Positions 42,131 through 46,666 of a stretch of DNA of 46,666 bases are shown here, one piece after another (position 1 is the first letter of the stretch; the number at the start of each line of letters is the position of its first letter). The stretch spans positions 350,271 to 396,936 of the forward strand of contig RQSC01000032.1 in the NCBI GenBank assembly GCA_013416795.1, given 5' to 3'. The notes under the pieces were generated by a model that saw only the letters and a program-made list of their open reading frames with translations, was not told where the DNA came from and did not search any database. The translations under genes were made by a program, and so were the position numbers. This DNA is from Prasinococcaceae sp. CCMP 1430. Its lineage: Eukaryota > Plantae > Prasinodermophyta.

Positions 42131-43108
42131 ATGGTGGCCCCGCGCGGGGGACGTCTACCGGCCGCGGCGCGGGCCAGCGGGCCCTCGACCCCCGTCGTAT
42201 GGCTCGGAGCCTGCGTGTGCGCGGCGCTGGGCGTGGGGTGGGGCGCGGCCGCGAGCGGCAGCAGCGAGAGCGAGGTGTCACTGCAGCGCCTCGAGATATA
42301 CCAAACGCACGAGGCGGTCAGGTTCCTAGAGGGCGACCCAGAGGTGTACCTCAAGTGCACCTCTGACCGCACGCACACGGAGCGCATGACCGACCTGCCC
42401 AGTGTGATCCACACGGGCGTCAACTACACGTTCGGCGGCGGGGGTGCGGACGTTACGGCCGTGGGGGGTAGTGAGGGCTGCCACACCTGCCGCCTGTGGG
42501 AACGCGATGGAATCGCCGAGGGCGGCACGGACGACTCGTTCGGGGACGAGTTCACGCTCTGCGAAGACGACTTTGTCGCTGGGCCGGCGAAACACCGCAA
42601 CCACTCACACACAGACGCGCACGGGCACGTCACCGTGCGACAACCAGGAGAATTTTCCGCGACTTTCTTCTGCCCGGAGTGCATGCCATCCCCTCCCCCG
42701 CCGAGTCCGCCACCGCCGCCACCGCCACCGCCACTTCTTCCCGCGCCTCCCCCGCCACCTCGGCCACCGCCGCCGCCCCCTCCTGTGCCGCCGCAACCGC
42801 CCCGCAACGACTCCGCGCTGGCGCCGTCGAACAGCGGCGGTGCCGCCCCAGGCGGAGGCAGCAAGGCTGGCATTGTCATACTAATCGCGATGTGCTCGTT
42901 GAGCTTCTTGGCCGGTGGCTCCGCGGTCGTCTTCTACAATCGGTACGCCATTCTGCGGCAGCTGCGTCGGCAACGGTACCTCGCGCGCCTCCTCCACTTG
43001 GACGACGACGACATGCGCGAGGCGGTGCCGTGGCAGCGCATGGGTGAGGGCGGCGGCGGCGTTGAGCTCGCGGAGGCGGGCTTTGGCCGGCGGGACGACG
43101 GGCTCTAG
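42131..43108 (+). CDS. Type I membrane protein resembling plant At3g53490-type uncharacterised proteins, with Pro-rich stalk
   Basis: Signal peptide, LEIYQTHE...P.VYLKC, C..C.LWE.D...DD.F.DEF.LC..DF, EFSATFFCPEC, poly-Pro, TM and basic RRQRYLARLL. Confidence 0.75.
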   Translation: MVAPRGGRLPAAARASGPSTPVVWLGACVCAALGVGWGAAASGSSESEVSLQRLEIYQTHEAVRFLEGDPEVYLKCTSDRTHTERMTDLPSVIHTGVNYTFGGGGADVTAVGGSEGCHTCRLWERDGIAEGGTDDSFGDEFTLCEDDFVAGPAKHRNHSHTDAHGHVTVRQPGEFSATFFCPECMPSPPPPSPPPPPPPPPLLPAPPPPPRPPPPPPPVPPQPPRNDSALAPSNSGGAAPGGGSKAGIVILIAMCSLSFLAGGSAVVFYNRYAILRQLRRQRYLARLLHLDDDDMREAVPWQRMGEGGGGVELAEAGFGRRDDGL

Positions 43109-43237
43109 CTCGTAGAGGCAGCGGCACCGGCTGCCGTGGAAAGCGTCGTCGTATTGTACAAAAGTCATGTTACAGTGTGAGCACGTGAGTACAGTACAGT
43201 GTGCCGGTGCGCGAAGGAAGCTGCCCGCGCTTCGCTC

Positions 43238-44327
43238 TTACCGCCGGCGCTTGCCATCGGCCTCGATGCCCAGCTCGGGATGCAGCCTGTAGAACTCGTC
43301 ACCGATGATGTCGTCGTGGCAGACGACGGGCGTGGCGCGCTTGCGCCGCACCTCCTGCCCTGTCGCGGCGTCCACCTTGACCACCACCTCCTCTGTGCGG
43401 CGCAGTACCACGCTGCCCTTGCGGTACATAGCCGGTAGGTGCGCGTAGTTGATGCCGAAGCGCTCGAAGAGCGTTTCGTTCTTCCACGCTGTGTCGCTCC
43501 CCTGGGAGGGCGCCAGCGCCACGCGCGTCGTGCGTCAGCGCCCCGCGCTCGCGCTGGCGCGCCCAACGCCCAGACGCGCGAGCGTTTGCGCGCAAGGGGC
43601 GTGCTTGCGCGCTTGCCGGCGCGGCCCGCCGCCGACGTTCGCGCCCGTCCGCGCCCTCGCGCACCTTGATCATCGCCTGCGCTTTCGCAGGCGTCTCGCC
43701 GCCCTTGTCAACAAGTGCCCAGAAGACCGTGTTGTACTGGTTGTTGATGTGCGTGTCGGCCTGCCGCCACGCGAGGTAGTCGCGCAGCACGGCATCGCTC
43801 GGGTAGGCGACGGCACGGCCGTCGAACACGGGCGCGGAGAGCAGCGGCGCGTCGCCGAAGTGCCGCGGCCAAGCCATGACGTACGACGCCGTGAAGAGCG
43901 ACGTGATCACGGAAACAATCTTCGCCTCGCGCCTGCCGTACAGCGTCGTGTCCTGCGAGGGCATTCGGCGGCCGCCGGCGCGCGCGTGTGAGCGGCGAGA
44001 GTGCGCGCGCGAGGGCGGGCGCGGGCAGGCGCGCCTGCGGCAGGCGCTGTGGTCTTTCGCCGCGCGGGTGCGGACCTTTTTGAGAACGAAGGAGTACTCG
44101 TCCGACTCGCCGAAGCCCAGCACGGCGTCTGGGAACGCCTCGAGCACCGCGAGCGCAGCGTCATTCATCACTCGCAGCGCGCGCGCGTCGTTGGGCTTCT
44201 CGAACGCGTGCGCGTCCGCGAAGCGGTGGAAGCCCTTGCCGTCGACGCGCACGACGATCCAGCACAGCGGCAGCAGCGCGTCGTGCCGCTCGAAGCCCCT
44301 CACGTACTCGAAGCGGCTGTTCGCCAT
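43238..44327 (-). CDS. THG1: tRNA(His) guanylyltransferase; exons 44327-44076, 43952-43665 and 43501-43238
   Basis: MANSRFEYVR.FE, WIVVRVDGKGFHRF, FEKPND, GESDEYSF, FDGR, DYL.WRQAD.HINNQYNT, KNE.LF..FGINY and YRKGS. Two phase-0 GT-AG introns. Confidence 0.97.
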
Positions 44328-44602
44328 GGCCGCGCGCGGCGCCCGCCGCGCGCGACCGCTGGGAGCACGCAGTGTGGAGCCGCGTGCGCCCCCGTACTGG
44401 CTGCGCGCGGCGGCCGCTGCGAACCTGCGCTTCGCGCACGCGCTCAGAACGAGGGCGGGGCTGGAGAAGAGGGCGCTGGCAGAGGGCGCCGGAGCAGCGC
44501 TCGCTCGTGGAGGCGCTCGCCGCCAGCCTTCGCGCGCGCCCCTCACCAGGTGCGGTATACATGTTGCACATTACAGTTGAGCGCACATGGAGGCGCACGC
44601 GC

Positions 44603-45346
44603 TCAGCGCCACGCGGGCAGGTGCAGCGGCCCGGCGCGGGCGTTTGCTGCACTCCGTGGCCGGGCGGGCCGCGACATATGTGCCGTCGATGTCGACGGCT
44701 CGAGCGCAGCAGCTCCCGACGCGGCGACCCCGAGGGCGCGTGAGAGGCGCGTGCCGAAGCTCACCGCGCGCGAGGCGGCGGCGAACCGCCGGCCGGCCGC
44801 GCCGTGGGCGGGCGCCTCTCCCTTGCCGCCCCGCGTCGCCTCGGCCTGCGCGGGCCCGGCGGCGCGCACGTCGCCCGCATGGTGGTCGAGCATCTCCGCG
44901 GCCTCCGCGAGCACGCGCTCTGCGTCGCTGGGGCGATTCAGCGCCAGGTACGTCGATCCTAAGAGTTCCTTTGCCTTGGCAATGGCCATCGCCTGCGTGC
45001 CACTCCCCGTGTAGCTTCGCCGCGAGTAGATGCCGATCGCTTCGACCAGCGTTCCCGCGGCCTTTCCGTACTCCGCCGCCGCCACATACACCTCGGCCAG
45101 CGCCACGAGCGCCGCCGCGACGTCGGGGTGGTCCGGGCCGACCTCGGCTCGAAGGCGCTCGGCGCCCAGGCGCATCAGCGCGTCCTCGTCGGCGAAGTCC
45201 TCGAGCGCGCCGCCGTCGGTTGCGCTCAGCGTCCCCCATCGGTGGTCGCTCTCGCGAAGCACCGAGGGGTAGAGCCAGTCGAGCGGCGGGGGGCCTACGG
45301 CCGCGCTCGGGGCGAGCGCGCCCGGCGCGGCGGCGCCCTCGGCCAT
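44603..45346 (-). CDS. TPR (kinesin-light-chain-like) repeat protein
   Basis: GPDHPDVAAALVALAEVY....EYGKA...L.EAI.I and LG..YL.....DAE..L.EA. The C-terminus may be spliced differently. Confidence 0.7.
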   Translation of the reverse strand: MAEGAAAPGALAPSAAVGPPPLDWLYPSVLRESDHRWGTLSATDGGALEDFADEDALMRLGAERLRAEVGPDHPDVAAALVALAEVYVAAAEYGKAAGTLVEAIGIYSRRSYTGSGTQAMAIAKAKELLGSTYLALNRPSDAERVLAEAAEMLDHHAGDVRAAGPAQAEATRGGKGEAPAHGAAGRRFAAASRAVSFGTRLSRALGVAASGAAALEPSTSTAHMSRPARPRSAANARAGPLHLPAWR

Positions 45347-45808
45347 GGCGCGAGCGCCGCCCTTGTCCTCACAGGAAGATGAGGCCAGCGCGGGCGGAGC
45401 ACCTGCACCATCGTGCGCCGCGCGGCGTCAGCTGGGAGCGCCCTCGCGCGCGTGCGCCGCGGCCGCGGGCGGCGAGGCATGTCCTTGCGTTTTCCATGCC
45501 AGAGTCGCCACGGAGACTTTTGCGCCCTGGAGGATACCACAAGACCTTCTCTCCGGCCGACTTAACGCAGGTGCGAGCACTGAACGCTCGCCCCGCTGCC
45601 TGAAAGGTCGACCGTTGCGCGCTCGCCGCCGCCGCCAGGCGCCAGGCGCCGCCGCGCGCATGCGGAATCCCTCTCTCACTTTACACGGAATCCACTTACT
45701 TTTGGAACCCTCTTACAACAATATATGAATCGTATTCTTTCACGTCGAATCCGCACCGCCGAGCGCGCGCGCGCGCGCGCCCGCAGCGAAGCCGCACCAC
45801 CAAAGTTT

Positions 45809-45918
45809 GCACACACACACACACACACACGCACACACACACACACACACACATGCACATGCACACACACACACACACGCACGCACACCCACACATGCAC
45901 ACCCACCCACCCACACAT

Positions 45919-45981
<63 letters not shown>

Positions 45982-46063
45982 CGCACACACACACACACAC
46001 ATGCACACACACTTACACACACACACATCCACACACACACATCCACACACACACACACACACA
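45809..46063 (+). repeat. Imperfect (CA)n microsatellite, about 255 bp
   Basis: Directly visible. Confidence 0.98.
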
Positions 46064-46529
46064 AGCAAAAAAACACGTGCCCGTCCGCCCGCACCCGCGA
46101 TTGATTTGGCCTCCTTTTTTTTTTTTTTTTGGTTTGCTGCGCGTTGACGCGCGGACGAACGGCCACGCGACGACGTCGAAGAGCAAACTCGCGGGTCAGG
46201 CGGTCAAGCTGTGGCTGCGCCGCCTCGCTCGCGCGGGACGCGTCGTGCAGGCGCAAGCGCGCGCGAGCATGCCCATGCGCGTGCATGCGTGCGTGCGTGC
46301 GTATGTGCTCTTACGTGCTGTGTGTGTATATGTGTATGCGTGCGTGCGTGCATGTCTATGCGGGCGTGCATGTCTGTGTGCGTGCGTCTCCGCGCTGTGC
46401 GGGCGGGCGGGTCCAGCCCAGGCCCAGCCGTCGACAGCCTGCACCAACTACTGCTAGTACGACTGCAGCGCCGAGGTGCCGTACGTCGAGTACGAGCTGA
46501 GGATGCCCCAGGTACACTTCGAGCACGAG

Positions 46530-46666
46530 CTACGGGTATCCCAGCGTGCCTCGCGCGGCTGCCTCGATGTGCGCCACCGCCGCGGCGCCGCCCCCGGCGG
46601 CCTCGAGCTGGTCCCTGGCGGCGACGGCGGCGACCGCCATGGGCGAGCCCGGCGCGAGGGCCTCGC
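46530..46666 (-). CDS. Possible 3' end of a gene running off the window
   Basis: Open frame RGLAPGSPMAVAAVAARDQLEAAGGGAAAVAHIEAAARGTLGYP-stop with coding-like codons. No family recognised. Confidence 0.4.
   Translation of the reverse strand, partial: EALAPGSPMAVAAVAARDQLEAAGGGAAAVAHIEAAARGTLGYP

Noticed and set aside
9964-44075. Introner-like repeated introns
   Set aside because: The introns I compared share only splice and branch signals, with no mutual sequence similarity.
45676-46457. Cys-Val and His-Thr repeat proteins
   Set aside because: They are translations of the (CA)n microsatellite.
1-46666. Hundreds of overlapping Arg/Ala/Pro-rich ORFs
   Set aside because: These are expected shadow ORFs in very GC-rich DNA with few stop codons, and they carry no motifs.

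Overview
This is a gene-dense, very GC-rich eukaryotic nuclear scaffold. Short GT-AG introns (mostly GTGCG donors), TGTAA poly(A)-type signals, AAACCCTAA motifs and plastid-targeted genes point to a green alga, probably of prasinophyte grade (inference). About 24 nuclear genes can be modelled. They include a GGNBP2/At3g58050-like protein, an M12B metalloprotease with a somatomedin-B domain, a GH38 alpha-mannosidase, two sulfotransferases (one strikingly like animal heparan-sulfate 3-O-sulfotransferase), LURP, ALDH, SURF1, a NAD(P)-binding protein, DUF218, an EGF/PPC membrane protein, membrin, a PPTase, a GRF zinc-finger fusion, a PLOD-type glycosyltransferase with ankyrins, TIM17, BTB-Kelch, RSL1D1, THG1 and a TPR protein. 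A 3.1-kb AT-rich block of plastid DNA (partial ycf4, accD, partial rpoB; 6419-9552) sits at the 5' end of the mannosidase gene. An internal fragment of nuclear tatC is embedded at 37557-38231. Both have one single-N junction and one seamless junction, so assembly chimerism is a serious alternative to real insertion. The best leads are the local grouping of glycan-sulfation and matrix genes, the PLOD-GT/ankyrin fusion, an A_AAA_AAG -1 slippery site linking a GRF zinc finger to a membrane domain, and a hairpin- and telomere-motif-rich 1.3-kb spacer at about 29.0-29.9 kb. All family assignments come from motif recognition by eye; no database search was run.
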